Positions 38,853 to 48,509 of a DNA stretch of 64,000 nt are shown one piece after another. The DNA is from an uncultured delta proteobacterium (GTDB lineage Bacteria > Desulfobacterota > Desulfobaccia > Desulfobaccales > 0-14-0-80-60-11). The stretch spans positions 329 through 64,328 of the forward strand of contig CAVYJK010000033.1 of NCBI GenBank assembly GCA_963768765.1, read 5' to 3'. How positions within the stretch are numbered: the stretch's first letter is position 1; the number at the start of each line of letters is the position of its first letter. Made by a program: the position numbers and the translations under genes. Under the pieces are notes generated by a model that was given only the letters and a program-made list of their open reading frames with translations, did no database searches and was not told the DNA's origin.

Positions 38853-38901
38853 TTGAACTTTGAACTTTGAACTTTGAACTTTGAACCTTGAACTTTGAAC
38901 T
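38853..38901 (-). repeat. Heptamer tandem array C, (TTGAACY)7, inverted relative to A and B
   Basis: Seven units, starting 6 nt after the upstream gltB2 stop in mRNA sense. Confidence 0.95.
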
Positions 38902-38907
38902 AAACCG

Positions 38908-40461
38908 CTACACCACCCGGCGCAGGTCGTCCTGGACCGGGCGGTCGAAGTAGTCCAGGTGGGCCAGGGTATCGGTGCGGCCCACCAGTTCCCGGATGCT
39001 ACGGAGCCCCAGGCGGCGCAGGATCTCTTTGAGCTGCCAGCTCCAGGAGTAGTACATGTTGCTGATGCGGTTCACCCCCCAGGAAATGGTCATCAGGTCC
39101 ACCAGCTCCGGGTCGGTGGTGGCGATGCCCCGGGCGCAACCCCGGCCGGACTCGCAGTTGTGGCAGCGCAGGCATTCCAGGGCCACCAGGTCCGCGGTGC
39201 CGATCTGCACCCCGTCGGCCCCCAGGGCGATGGCCTTGGCCAGGTCGAAGGCGGTGCGGATGCCGCCGGAGGCGATGAGGGTGACCTGGTCCCGGATGCC
39301 TTCGGCCCGGAGGAACTGGTGCACCTTGGGGATGGCGTACTCCACGGGCATGGCGATGTTCTTCTTGGCGATGTCCGGGGCGGCGCCGGTGCCGCCGTAG
39401 CTGCCGTCCAGCTGCACCACGTGGGCCCCGGCGTAGTAGCTGCCCACGGCCACCATGTCCACGTCGGTGGGGGTGGAGACCTTGACGGCCACCAGGGCCC
39501 GGGGATTGATCTCCTTGATCCAGTCGATGTGCTTCTTGTGGTCCTCCACCGAATAGACGCTATGGAAGGGGAAGGGCGAGAACAGGGCGCTGCCGGTGAC
39601 GGATTCCCGCATGCGGGCCACCGCGGGGGTCACCTTGTCGCCCAGCAGGTGGCCGCCCAGGCCGGGTTTGGCGCCCTGGGCGTATTTGAACTCCACCATG
39701 CGCACCCGCTGGATGGTCTCTTCCCGCACCCCGAAGAGGCCGGTGGCCACCTGGGTGACCACGTTATCGTCATAGGGGTAAAGTTCCTCGGGGTAGCCGC
39801 CTTCGCCGGTGCTCACCATGGTGTTGAAACGCACCGCGGCCTGAACCCGGGAAAGTATGGTGTTGATGGAAACCGAGCCGAAGGACATGCCGCCGCCGTA
39901 CCAGGGCACCGAAAGCTTGATCTGGGGCCGGCCGTCGCCCCGGCGGTTGATCTCCAGGTCCAGAGAGATGTCGTCATGGGTCAGTTTGAAGTCCGGGCGG
40001 TGCTTGGGGAAGAGGAACCGCAGCTGGTCGAAGCCGCCCCCGGAGCCCCCCAGGCAGTATTCCAGGCCGTTGTAGGGGAGGTTGCCCCATTCCGCCTGCC
40101 ACCAGGTGCTGAGCAGCAGGTCCGCGGTCCAGCGGGAATCCCCCAGGGTGCTGTAAACCGGGTGGATGCTGACCTTGAGGGCCTGGGCCGGACATTTGTT
40201 TACGCAATAGAATTCCTTGTCCTGGCAGGCCAGACCCAGGCACAGGTGGCTCTTGGGGCGCCTGATATAGCTGCCGGCCTTGGTATGGACCCCGTAGGGG
40301 CAGACTTCCACGCACTTGCCGCACTTGATGCACTTGGATTCATTGCGCCACACCCGGTACTTGCTGAGCGCGGTGCGGAACCGGGACGGGGTGGGCACGG
40401 GCTGCCAGGGCTGGCCCGGGGCCCAGGATTCGAAGGCAATGACTTTTTTTGGTTTTGCCAT
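38908..40461 (-). CDS. Archaeal-type glutamate synthase FMN subunit (GltB2) with N-terminal ferredoxin domain
   Basis: CIKCGKCVEVCP; GGGMSFGS, STGEGG, EFKYAQGAKPGLGGHL, ASGGIR, CLRCHNC. Confidence 0.9.
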   Translation of the reverse strand: MAKPKKVIAFESWAPGQPWQPVPTPSRFRTALSKYRVWRNESKCIKCGKCVEVCPYGVHTKAGSYIRRPKSHLCLGLACQDKEFYCVNKCPAQALKVSIHPVYSTLGDSRWTADLLLSTWWQAEWGNLPYNGLEYCLGGSGGGFDQLRFLFPKHRPDFKLTHDDISLDLEINRRGDGRPQIKLSVPWYGGGMSFGSVSINTILSRVQAAVRFNTMVSTGEGGYPEELYPYDDNVVTQVATGLFGVREETIQRVRMVEFKYAQGAKPGLGGHLLGDKVTPAVARMRESVTGSALFSPFPFHSVYSVEDHKKHIDWIKEINPRALVAVKVSTPTDVDMVAVGSYYAGAHVVQLDGSYGGTGAAPDIAKKNIAMPVEYAIPKVHQFLRAEGIRDQVTLIASGGIRTAFDLAKAIALGADGVQIGTADLVALECLRCHNCESGRGCARGIATTDPELVDLMTISWGVNRISNMYYSWSWQLKEILRRLGLRSIRELVGRTDTLAHLDYFDRPVQDDLRRVV

Positions 40462-40586
40462 TGATTTACAAAATCTCTCAATATTTAGACTAGTATGTCG
40501 TTCGGGGCAGGCCTCTGTGCCTGCCCGAAAGCAGTTGTGGGCGGCGGGCACGGAGGCCCGCTCCAAAACCGAAAACCGAAACCGTC

Positions 40587-41996
40587 TTATTCTCCGACTC
40601 TCCGGGCTTCCCCTTCGGGGCGGGCGAACAGGGGGGCAAAGATTTCCTTGTCCAGGTCTTCCTTGAACATGGCCCGGCCCACTTCGCCCCGGAGGCGGCG
40701 CACCTCCCGCATCCCCATGGCCCCCAGGATTTCCAGGAGCTGGTTGTTCCAGGCGCCGATGAGGTTCACCATCCGCTGGGCCCCCCGCCGGACGTTGAGG
40801 TGCTGCAGGTCCACGGGGCAGGGGTTGTCGGCGCCGCACTGCTTGCACATGCGGCACTCCAGGGAAAGTAGCAGCGGGATATCGGCGATGACGCCGTCGG
40901 CGCCGCAGATGATGGCCTTGGCCACGTGCTCCGCCAGGGCGATGCCGCCGCCGGCCATCAGGGTGACCGCGTCCCTAAGCTTCTCCTCCACCAGCTTAAG
41001 GTGGCAGCGGCGGATCAGGTCCTTCAGATGGAGGTTCTGGACAGCGCCCAGACCCCGGGCCCGGTCAGTGCCGGCCAGGTGGAGTACTTCTGCCCCCGCG
41101 GCGCTCAGGGCCGCCACCCGGTCCGGGGCCTGCTCGTCGGCCGGGACCTTGATCCAGACAATCAGCTGGGGGTAGCGCCGCTTGAGGGCCTCCAGCCGCC
41201 CGATGACCCCGGGGTGGTCCAGGAGTTCCAGGGCGCGCAGCTTGGGCAGGAGCGGGTCGCCGGGGTCGGGGTCCTTGGCGTAAAAGGGCACCAGATGCGC
41301 CGCGGTTGCGGCCAGTTGCGGGGAGACGCTCTCCCGGGGGATGATGGCCAGGGTGTCGAGAGAGAGGGCCGCCTGGGCGATGATCCGGCGCAGCCGAGGT
41401 TTGTCCGCCCCCAGGGGCGGCTCCGAGAGCACCACCGGCAGGGGCAGCTCCAGGAGGGGAGGGGGCGTAAGCAGCAACTCGCCCTGGTCGTCAAAGGCCA
41501 GGAACATGGGCTTGCGGCCCAGGTCGATGGTGGTGCTGATATATTCCCGGCCGTGGATGCCGTCCCGGGTGGGGCGGACGATCTCCGACATGTCCGTCCA
41601 GAAGGAATCGAAGCCTTCTCCCGCGAAGGCGCCGCCGTAGCCGGCCCCGGAAACGGGGATCTTCCCGGATTCAGCCTGGTACCAGGTTACCGCGATGATC
41701 TCCGGGGTCCAGTACTCATCCCCCAGCTGGCGGTACGAGGGATTCAAGGCCTTAAAAATCAGGCCCCGGGGGCACCCCTGAACGCAGCGGAAGCAGTCGC
41801 GGCACATCTGATCGATGGTATCCACGAACTGGGTGCGGTCGAAGTCCCGTTTCCGGAAGGCGTCCACCGGACACATCTCTTTGACGCAACGGGCGCACCT
41901 GAGGCACCCCTCGTTCCAATCGATGACCGTGCTCTTGGCCACGGGGGCGAACCGGGGCGGGACCCGGCGCACGTTAATATGGTATTTAGCTGACAA
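40587..41996 (-). CDS. GltB2 paralogue with ferredoxin domain and degenerate FMN-site motifs
   Basis: CLRCARC..CP, CRDCFRCVQGCP, SEIVRPTRDGIHGREY, AGGGIA, CRMCKQC; lacks MSFG/GEGG/QGAKPG; TTG start after GGGAGG. Confidence 0.8.
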   Translation of the reverse strand: MSAKYHINVRRVPPRFAPVAKSTVIDWNEGCLRCARCVKEMCPVDAFRKRDFDRTQFVDTIDQMCRDCFRCVQGCPRGLIFKALNPSYRQLGDEYWTPEIIAVTWYQAESGKIPVSGAGYGGAFAGEGFDSFWTDMSEIVRPTRDGIHGREYISTTIDLGRKPMFLAFDDQGELLLTPPPLLELPLPVVLSEPPLGADKPRLRRIIAQAALSLDTLAIIPRESVSPQLAATAAHLVPFYAKDPDPGDPLLPKLRALELLDHPGVIGRLEALKRRYPQLIVWIKVPADEQAPDRVAALSAAGAEVLHLAGTDRARGLGAVQNLHLKDLIRRCHLKLVEEKLRDAVTLMAGGGIALAEHVAKAIICGADGVIADIPLLLSLECRMCKQCGADNPCPVDLQHLNVRRGAQRMVNLIGAWNNQLLEILGAMGMREVRRLRGEVGRAMFKEDLDKEIFAPLFARPEGEARRVGE

Positions 41997-42079
41997 CGTT
42001 TCCTCCCAACTCAACCGGCAGAACTTGCTTTAAGTCCTCAAACCAGTATATTTCGCAGATTTAAAAACCACAGTATTCA

Positions 42080-42165
42080 CCCCCCTTTTCTAAAGGGGGG
42101 CAAGGGGGGATTAAAATAACCGCTTCATAATCCCCCTAAATCCCCCTTTAAGAAAGGGGGACTTT
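42080..42165. repeat. CCCCCTTT..AAAGGGGG double-hairpin repeat (third copy)
   Basis: Shares ATCCCCCTAAATCCCCCTTT..AAAGGGGGACT with 7064-7146 and 27970-28050. Confidence 0.85.
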
Positions 42166-42214
42166 AAGGCTTCCAAAAATCAGAGAAGGGTTAATTTGTT
42201 CGGCCTCGGGCCTT

Positions 42215-42643
42215 TTAAGCCCTTGCCGCTTTGGCCTTGGCGGCTTTCTTTTTTAGGGGTGAAGGCCCCAGGGCCTTTAGCCGGGCCTTGATTTCGGCGA
42301 TGGCAGCCGATAGGGCGGCCCCGTCGCCGGGCGTCACCAGGGACCGGCCCAGCCGGTCCGGCTCCAGGCCGATCTCATTGAGGTAGTCCCGGGTGTAGGC
42401 CACCCGGCTTCCCAGGCGGTGGCTCCCCTCATCGTAGCGGCACAGATCCTCGGGGCAGCCCATGACCCAGACCAGGTCCACATTGGCGGCCAGGGTCCGG
42501 AGCAGCTGAAAGGCCTCCACCTTGCTGCTGCAGGGCTCGGGAATCACCTGCACCTTGACGCCGCTTTCGCCGAAGCCGCGGCGCAAGGCCTCCGGGTCCG
42601 GCACCGCTTGCTGACAGGCATAAATAACCACTTCCATAGTCAT
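42215..42643 (-). CDS. MvhD-like hydrogenase/heterodisulfide reductase [2Fe-2S] delta subunit
   Basis: YAC..PCSSKV..MGCPEDLCRY..G..EIGLEPDRL. Confidence 0.8.
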   Translation of the reverse strand: MTMEVVIYACQQAVPDPEALRRGFGESGVKVQVIPEPCSSKVEAFQLLRTLAANVDLVWVMGCPEDLCRYDEGSHRLGSRVAYTRDYLNEIGLEPDRLGRSLVTPGDGAALSAAIAEIKARLKALGPSPLKKKAAKAKAARA

Positions 42644-42745
42644 AGACCTTACGCCTCAAAAAGCCGGCAAGCGCCGGCCCGGGGAAATTTAGGCCAGGGG
42701 AAACCCCTGGCCGTCTTTGGTCTAAATTTATTCCAGCCCGACTAG

Positions 42746-42774
42746 ATTATGGTATTACGCCGCCACCCTTGCAA
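42746..42774 (-). promoter_or_regulatory. sigma70 promoter upstream of the mvhD-gltB genes
   Basis: TTGCAA-N17-CATAAT on the minus strand. Confidence 0.55.
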
Positions 42775-42812
42775 GCATTAAGCCTAGGACCCATTATTAT
42801 TATAATCCTGCG

Positions 42813-43211
42813 CTAGGATTTACTCAAGGACTTACTCAGGCCCTTGCGCTCATCGATGTCTCCGGGATACATCACCGCTTCGTGGCCCCGCTCCCGGGTG
42901 CGGATGCGGATCACTTCATCCACCGGGTATACGAAGATGAGGCCGTCTCCGGACTCGCCGGTGTAGGCCGACTTTAAAATGGCCTCTATGGTGTCCTCCA
43001 GGTTGTGTTCGCTCAAGATGATGTTGACCTGGATCTTGGGGAGCATGTCCACCTGGTAGGTGCCCGAGCGGCCGGCCAGGATGATGCCCCCCTGGCGGCC
43101 GTGGCCCCGGATCTCAAAGGCATTCAAGCCCACGATGCCGATTTCGTGCAGGGCGTCCTTGACGTCGTTGAACTTGTCTTCCCGAATGATGGCTTCGATT
43201 TTTTTCAGCAT
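42813..43211 (-). CDS. glnK: P-II nitrogen regulatory protein
   Basis: KIEAIIR, GHGRQGG, YQVDMLPK, TGESGDGLIF, RIRT; directly downstream of amt. Confidence 0.85.
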   Translation of the reverse strand: MLKKIEAIIREDKFNDVKDALHEIGIVGLNAFEIRGHGRQGGIILAGRSGTYQVDMLPKIQVNIILSEHNLEDTIEAILKSAYTGESGDGLIFVYPVDEVIRIRTRERGHEAVMYPGDIDERKGLSKSLSKS

Positions 43212-43296
43212 AATATCCTTCCCGGTCTATCCTCTGGGTCTCTAGGCCTCTGTGGTTAAATCTTTTCTCACCACTGAGACACAGAAGACACGGAGA

Positions 43297-44520
43297 TTAG
43301 GAATAGGCCCTTTCCCCGTGGCCGCTGATGTCCAGGCCCACTTCCTCTTCCATGTTGGTCACCCGGAGCCCGATGCTCATATCCAACAATTTGGCCACCA
43401 CGTAGGTGACCACGAAGGTGAAAGCGATGGTGGCCCCAATGGCCAGCAACTGAATCCCCAACTGGGCAGGGTTACCGTAAAAGAGGCCGTTGGCCCCGGC
43501 CGGGTTGAGTTCCACCGTGGCGAACAACCCGGTGGCCACCATGCCCCAGCTGCTGGCTATACCGTGGCAGGCCCACACGTCCATGGACTCATCCAGGTTG
43601 CGGTTCTGGCGGAACTTGATGGCGTAGTAACAGATGGGCGCGGCCACCGCGCCGATGACCATGGCGGCCAGGGGCGAGACAAAGCCTGAGGCTGGGGTAA
43701 CCGCGGCCAGGCCCACCACCATGCCGGTGGCGATGCCCAGGGTGCTGGGGCGGCCGTCCAGCCAGCTCAGCAGCATCCAGACCAGGGTCGCGGTGGCTGC
43801 CGAGGTGTTGGTGGTGAGCAAGGCGTTCACCGCCACCCCGTTGGCCGCCAGGGCGCTGCCGGCGTTGAACCCGAACCAGCCCACCCACAAGAGCCCCGCG
43901 CCCAGAACGGTGAAGGCGATGTTGTGGGGCTCCATGGGGGATTTGCCGTAGCCTTTGCGGGGGCCGATGACCAGGGCGAAGGCCAGGGCCGAATAACCCG
44001 CGGCGATGTGCACCACGGTGCCGCCGGCGAAGTCCAGGGTGCCCAGGGCGTTCAACCAGCCGCCCTTGCCCCAGACCCAGTGGGCCAGGGGGTCGTAGAC
44101 CAGCGTCACCCAGATGAGGCTGAAGAGCAGGAAGGATTTAAATCGCACCCGTTCCACGAAGGCGCCGGTGATCAGCGCCGGGGTGATCACCGCGAACATC
44201 ATCTGGAAGGCGGCGAAGAGCCCGTGGGGAATGGTCTTGGCGTAATCGGGGTTGGGCGCCGGCCCCACCCCGCCCAGGCCCAGAAAGTTAAGGCCGCCGA
44301 TGAGCCCCCCGATGTCCGACCCGAAAGCCAGGGAGTACCCGTAGAGCACCCACTGCACCCCCACCAGGGCCATGAAGACGTAGCTCAGGGTCAGGGTGGA
44401 TAAAATGTTTTTCCGGCGCACCATGCCTCCATAGAAGAAGGCCAGGGCCGGAGTCATCATCAGCACCAGGGCGCAGCAGACCAGGAGCCAGGCGGTGTCG
44501 CCGGAGTTAATGTTTCCCAT
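43297..44520 (-). CDS. amtB: Ammonium transporter
   Basis: GDTAW, FQMMFA, AHWVW, DFAGGTVVH, GWFGFNAGS, GLDISGHGE. Confidence 0.96.
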   Translation of the reverse strand: MGNINSGDTAWLLVCCALVLMMTPALAFFYGGMVRRKNILSTLTLSYVFMALVGVQWVLYGYSLAFGSDIGGLIGGLNFLGLGGVGPAPNPDYAKTIPHGLFAAFQMMFAVITPALITGAFVERVRFKSFLLFSLIWVTLVYDPLAHWVWGKGGWLNALGTLDFAGGTVVHIAAGYSALAFALVIGPRKGYGKSPMEPHNIAFTVLGAGLLWVGWFGFNAGSALAANGVAVNALLTTNTSAATATLVWMLLSWLDGRPSTLGIATGMVVGLAAVTPASGFVSPLAAMVIGAVAAPICYYAIKFRQNRNLDESMDVWACHGIASSWGMVATGLFATVELNPAGANGLFYGNPAQLGIQLLAIGATIAFTFVVTYVVAKLLDMSIGLRVTNMEEEVGLDISGHGERAYS

Positions 44521-44683
44521 ATCCCCACAGTTCTCCTTAAATTGCCGGTTATAGGTTTGAGCCCCGTTGCCACTGAGGCCCCCAGGACACACCAGAACAC
44601 GGAAATGCAGGCCAAGGGACCTACCCTGGCCTACATTCCGCGTCTAATAACTATTAAGAACCGCTAGGGAATTGCCTTAGCAG

Positions 44684-46021
44684 CTAGAGGATCGGGAGAT
44701 AGCGCTCGATCTCGTAAGTGCTCACATGGGTGCGGAAGCGGTCCCACTCGATCTGCTTGTTTTCCAGGAACTTGTTGAAGATGTGGTCCCCCAGGGCCTC
44801 CCGCACCAGGGCGCTTTTTTCGATTTCCGTGACCGCCTCATGAAGGCTCCCGGGCAGTTCCTGGATCCCCAGGCGGTTCCGTTCCGGCTCGGACAGATGA
44901 TAAATGTCCAATTCCACCGGCTCCGCCAGGGGGTATTTGCCCTCGATGCCTTTGAGACCGGCGGCCAGCATCACCGCGAAGGCCAGATAGGGGTTGCAGG
45001 CCGGGTCGGGGGCCCGGTACTCGCAGCGGGTGGCCGTTTCCTTGCCCGGCTTGTACATGGGCACCCTTACCAGGGCGGAGCGGTTGCGGCGGGCCCAGGA
45101 GATGTACACCGGGGCCTCATAGCCCGGCACCAGGCGCTTGTAGGAGTTGACCCACTGGCTGCAGATGCCGGTGATTTCCCGGGCGTGCTTCAGCAGCCCG
45201 GCAATATAGCATTTGCCCTCGGCCGACAGGTGATACTGATCCTTGGGATCGTAGAAGGCGTTTTTGGTGCCTTTGAACAGAGATTGGTGGGTGTGCATGC
45301 CGCTGCCGTTGATGCCGAAGATGGGCTTGGGCATGAAGGTGGCATAGACCCCGTTCAGCATGGCAATGGCCTTCACCGTGGCCCTGAGGGTCATGGTCTT
45401 GTCGGCCATGGCCAGGCCTTCGTCGTAGCGCATGTCGATTTCGTGCTGGGAGGCCGCCACTTCATGGTGGCTGTACTCGATGCGCACCCCCATGCGTTCC
45501 AGGGCGAAGATGGTGTGGCGCCGGAGGTCCATCGCCATATCCAGGGGCGGGGTGTCGAAGTAGCCGCCCTCATCCAGGATCTCAGTGCCTCCACTGTCTC
45601 TGAAGTAGAAGTACTCCAGCTCCGGGCCCAGATAGTAGGTGTAGCCTTTCTCCGCCGCCTTGGCCAGCATGCGCTTTAAGGCATAGCGGGGGTCGCCGGG
45701 ATAAGGGGAGCCGTCGGGCTGCAGGATGTCGCAAAACATCCGGGCCACCGGCCGCTCCTCCGGCCGCCAGGGGAGAATCTGGAAGGTGGTGGGGTCCGGT
45801 TTGGCGATCATGTCGCTTTCTTCAATACGGGCAAATCCCTCAATGGAGGAACCGTCGAACCCCATGCCTTCGGTCATGGCCTCTTCCAGCTCGGAAGGGC
45901 GGATGGAAAAGCTTTTCAACACTCCCAGAATGTCGGAGAACCAGATCTGGATGAAACTGATCTCTTTGTCCCGGACAATCCTGAAAACGTCTTCCACGGT
46001 TTGGCAGGTATGGCAGTGCAC
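44684..46021 (-). CDS. glnA: Glutamine synthetase type I
   Basis: FDGSS, HHEVA, FMPKP..GSGMHTH, SYKRLVPGYEAP, NRSA, EYRAPDP; GTG start with SD AGGAGG. Confidence 0.96.
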   Translation of the reverse strand: MHCHTCQTVEDVFRIVRDKEISFIQIWFSDILGVLKSFSIRPSELEEAMTEGMGFDGSSIEGFARIEESDMIAKPDPTTFQILPWRPEERPVARMFCDILQPDGSPYPGDPRYALKRMLAKAAEKGYTYYLGPELEYFYFRDSGGTEILDEGGYFDTPPLDMAMDLRRHTIFALERMGVRIEYSHHEVAASQHEIDMRYDEGLAMADKTMTLRATVKAIAMLNGVYATFMPKPIFGINGSGMHTHQSLFKGTKNAFYDPKDQYHLSAEGKCYIAGLLKHAREITGICSQWVNSYKRLVPGYEAPVYISWARRNRSALVRVPMYKPGKETATRCEYRAPDPACNPYLAFAVMLAAGLKGIEGKYPLAEPVELDIYHLSEPERNRLGIQELPGSLHEAVTEIEKSALVREALGDHIFNKFLENKQIEWDRFRTHVSTYEIERYLPIL

Positions 46022-46057
46022 GTTAGTCCTCCTGGGTTTTCAGTTTATGAAGCATGC

Positions 46058-46161
46058 AGCAAAGAATATACCAAATGGATTTTCAAGTAAAATCAAAAAG
46101 TTAACCTTAGATGTGTTTACATTATTGTAGAAATCCGGCCGATATTACTTACAAGTTTGTA
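46058..46161 (-). promoter_or_regulatory. sigma54 promoter + IHF site + two enhancer sites for glnA-amt-glnK
   Basis: TTGGTATATTCTTTGCT (46058-74); IHF consensus AATCAAAAAGTTA (46091-103); TACA-N4-TGTA at 46118 and 46150. Confidence 0.8.
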
Positions 46162-46419
46162 ATTTATCAGCGCGGAGACATGCCTCTCCCTCCCTTCCGG
46201 TGGTTTCCCTTAAGCTAAGTCATTACTCCGGCAGGCACAATGGGGGCCAGGTATTTTTCCGAAAAGACCGGCTGAATGCCTCAGAGCCGGAAGGGCGGGG
46301 GGTTGCTTAGGGGCCGTCAAGTTGCCGGGGGAAGACGCCGCCGCGCCATCCCCGGTTTAAGGGCGGCAGGAGGAGGGGCCGGGGCCCGGCCCCTCCTGCC
46401 CGGATTGGTCAGGAATACC

Positions 46420-47996
46420 TTAGCGCCGGTAACCCAGGATCTTCTCCACTTCGTCGGCGTCGCGTCCATGATGTAGGGGATGCCGGTGACCTTGGCGGCT
46501 TCTTCGGTGAGGGCCGTGAGATCGTTCCGGTCAATGTACTTCAGGGCGAACTTGCGGGCCCCGGCCATGAACTGCTGCAGCCCCTGGGTCATGCGGCTGA
46601 GGTAGCTGTACATACCCACTGCGCCGGCGGGAATCCGGCCGTACTCGCTCAGGGGATAATCCCGGCGCAGCACCGCGGCCTCGGCGAAATGCTCCACGTA
46701 AGCCTCTTTGCAATCCCGTTCTTCCCGGAGGCACATCTCTTCCAGCTTACGGCCTTCGTTGGTGCCCACCATGGCCGCGGTCATGATGGAGCGGCCCATG
46801 CACACCAGTTTGACGTAGGGAGCCCCCAGGGCCAGGGCTTTAAAGACATGGTCTTCCAGGGATAGGCCGCCGGCGATGGCGCAGTCCGGGACAAACTCGC
46901 CCTTTTTGGCCAGGTAGTCGCAGTATTCATATAACAGGGCCTCGATGTACACCGTGGGCAGGCCCCACTCGTTCATCATGCGCCAGGGGCTCATGCCGGT
47001 GCCGCCGCCGGCGCCGTCCACGGTCAAGAGGTCGATCTTGGCCTGGGAGGCGAATTTCACCGCCCGGGCCAGATCTGCGGGCCGGTAGGCCCCGGTCTTC
47101 AGCGACACCCGCTTGGCGCCGACGCGGCGCAAGTGATCGATCGTCTTGTAGAAATCATCTTCATCCACCATACCCAAGCGGGAGTGGCGTTCGAACTCCT
47201 TGATCCCCTTGGCCAGATAACGCTCTTCGGTGGCGGCGTCGGTGGGGTCGGGCAGCACGATGTAGCCCCGGCTGCGCAGCAACTGGGCCCGCTCCAGGGT
47301 GTGGAGCTTGACTTCGCCGCCGATGTTCTTGGCGCCCTGGCCCCACTTAAGCTCGAAGGACTGCACCCCCAGCTTCTCGATGACGTATTCCGGCACCCCC
47401 AGGCGGGCGTCCTCCACGTTGGCCTGGACGATGATGTCGCCTTTGCCGTTGTACCAGTTTTTGAAGATCTTGACCCGGCGTTCCATCTCCGGAGACCGGA
47501 TGATGCGGCCGCCCTTGATTTCGGCGTGGGGGTCCATGCCGCAGACGTTTTCGCCGCAGACAATGATGATGCCGCTGATGGCCGCGCCGATGGCCATGGA
47601 TTCCCAGTGGACCCGGGCGATCTCGGTGGAGCCCAGGGCCCCGGTGAAGGCGGGGAAGGACAATTTGACCTTGTCCTTAACGCCAATTTCCGTGGAGACA
47701 TCTACACTGGGGAAGATGGCCACGTCCGAGTCGGCCTTGCAGCCCACCGCGCCGACGCAGGTGCCGTGGATATTAAGGTAGGAGAAATCCACGGGATAGT
47801 CTTTATCCCCGCCGGCCGTGATATTGCCGAAGGGCTGGGGGTAAAGCATCTCCCGGCCCCGGATGGCGGAGCGCCCGATTTCACAGGGACCTGGACAGCT
47901 GTCCAGGCAGGTGACGCAAATACCCGAGCTTGGCGAGGGCTTTACCCGGTTTTTGGTTAGGGTGGCGGGAGATCGGTTGGGGTTGCTCAATGACAT
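46420..47996 (-). CDS. FMN-binding glutamate synthase family protein; frameshift near 46460
   Basis: CVTCLDSCPGPCE, ELKWGQGAK, LKTGAY, DGAGGGTG, AGG; natural end DADEVEKILGYRR* lies in the shifted frame. Confidence 0.85.
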
Positions 47997-48253
47997 ATGG
48001 TGCTCCTCCTTGTTTTAAGGCGGGGCCCGGGATGAAGGCGCCGCCGATTATTCCATGAAGACAATAATGTAGTTAGAGACTTGCCGGAAGTTACAACAAT
48101 GTAGAGAGCCCCTTCAGTTTCGAAGGAGTCAAAAGGAGGCAGGAAGCCCAGGAAGACCGGCAGACCCATAAAAATATCTCGTTTATTCAGGATCTTGGTC
48201 GGGTCGAACCGTGTCTTCCGGCTTAAAACCCAGGATAGTTGTTAGCCTTAAAA

Positions 48254-48383
48254 TGCAAAATTTATACCATATAAATATCCAATTAAAACAATATGTTAAG
48301 GTTTTGAGTAATACATTTCTGTTAAATTATAAGCTTTATCTAACAACTTTGTAATAAACGGTCTTAATTATCACAATTATGTA
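48254..48383 (-). promoter_or_regulatory. sigma54 promoter + IHF-like site + three enhancer sites
   Basis: TGGTATAAATTTTGCA (48254-69); AAACAATATGTTA (48286-98); NACA-N4-TGTW at 48312, 48342, 48372. Confidence 0.75.
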
Positions 48384-48509
48384 GGCAAGCGCCAGCGGTG
48401 ATAACGAGACGGATTCATTCGGAAAGGATGCCAGGAAGGGAAAGAAAAAACGCGGGGGGAAGGGCTGGAGCCCTCCTCCCGCGCCCGGGGTTTAATCGGC
48501 GCCCAGGAC

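Noticed and set aside
38207..38901. CRISPR array or DGR
   Set aside because: 7-bp tandem units have no spacers; no cas genes, reverse transcriptase or TR/VR pair in the window
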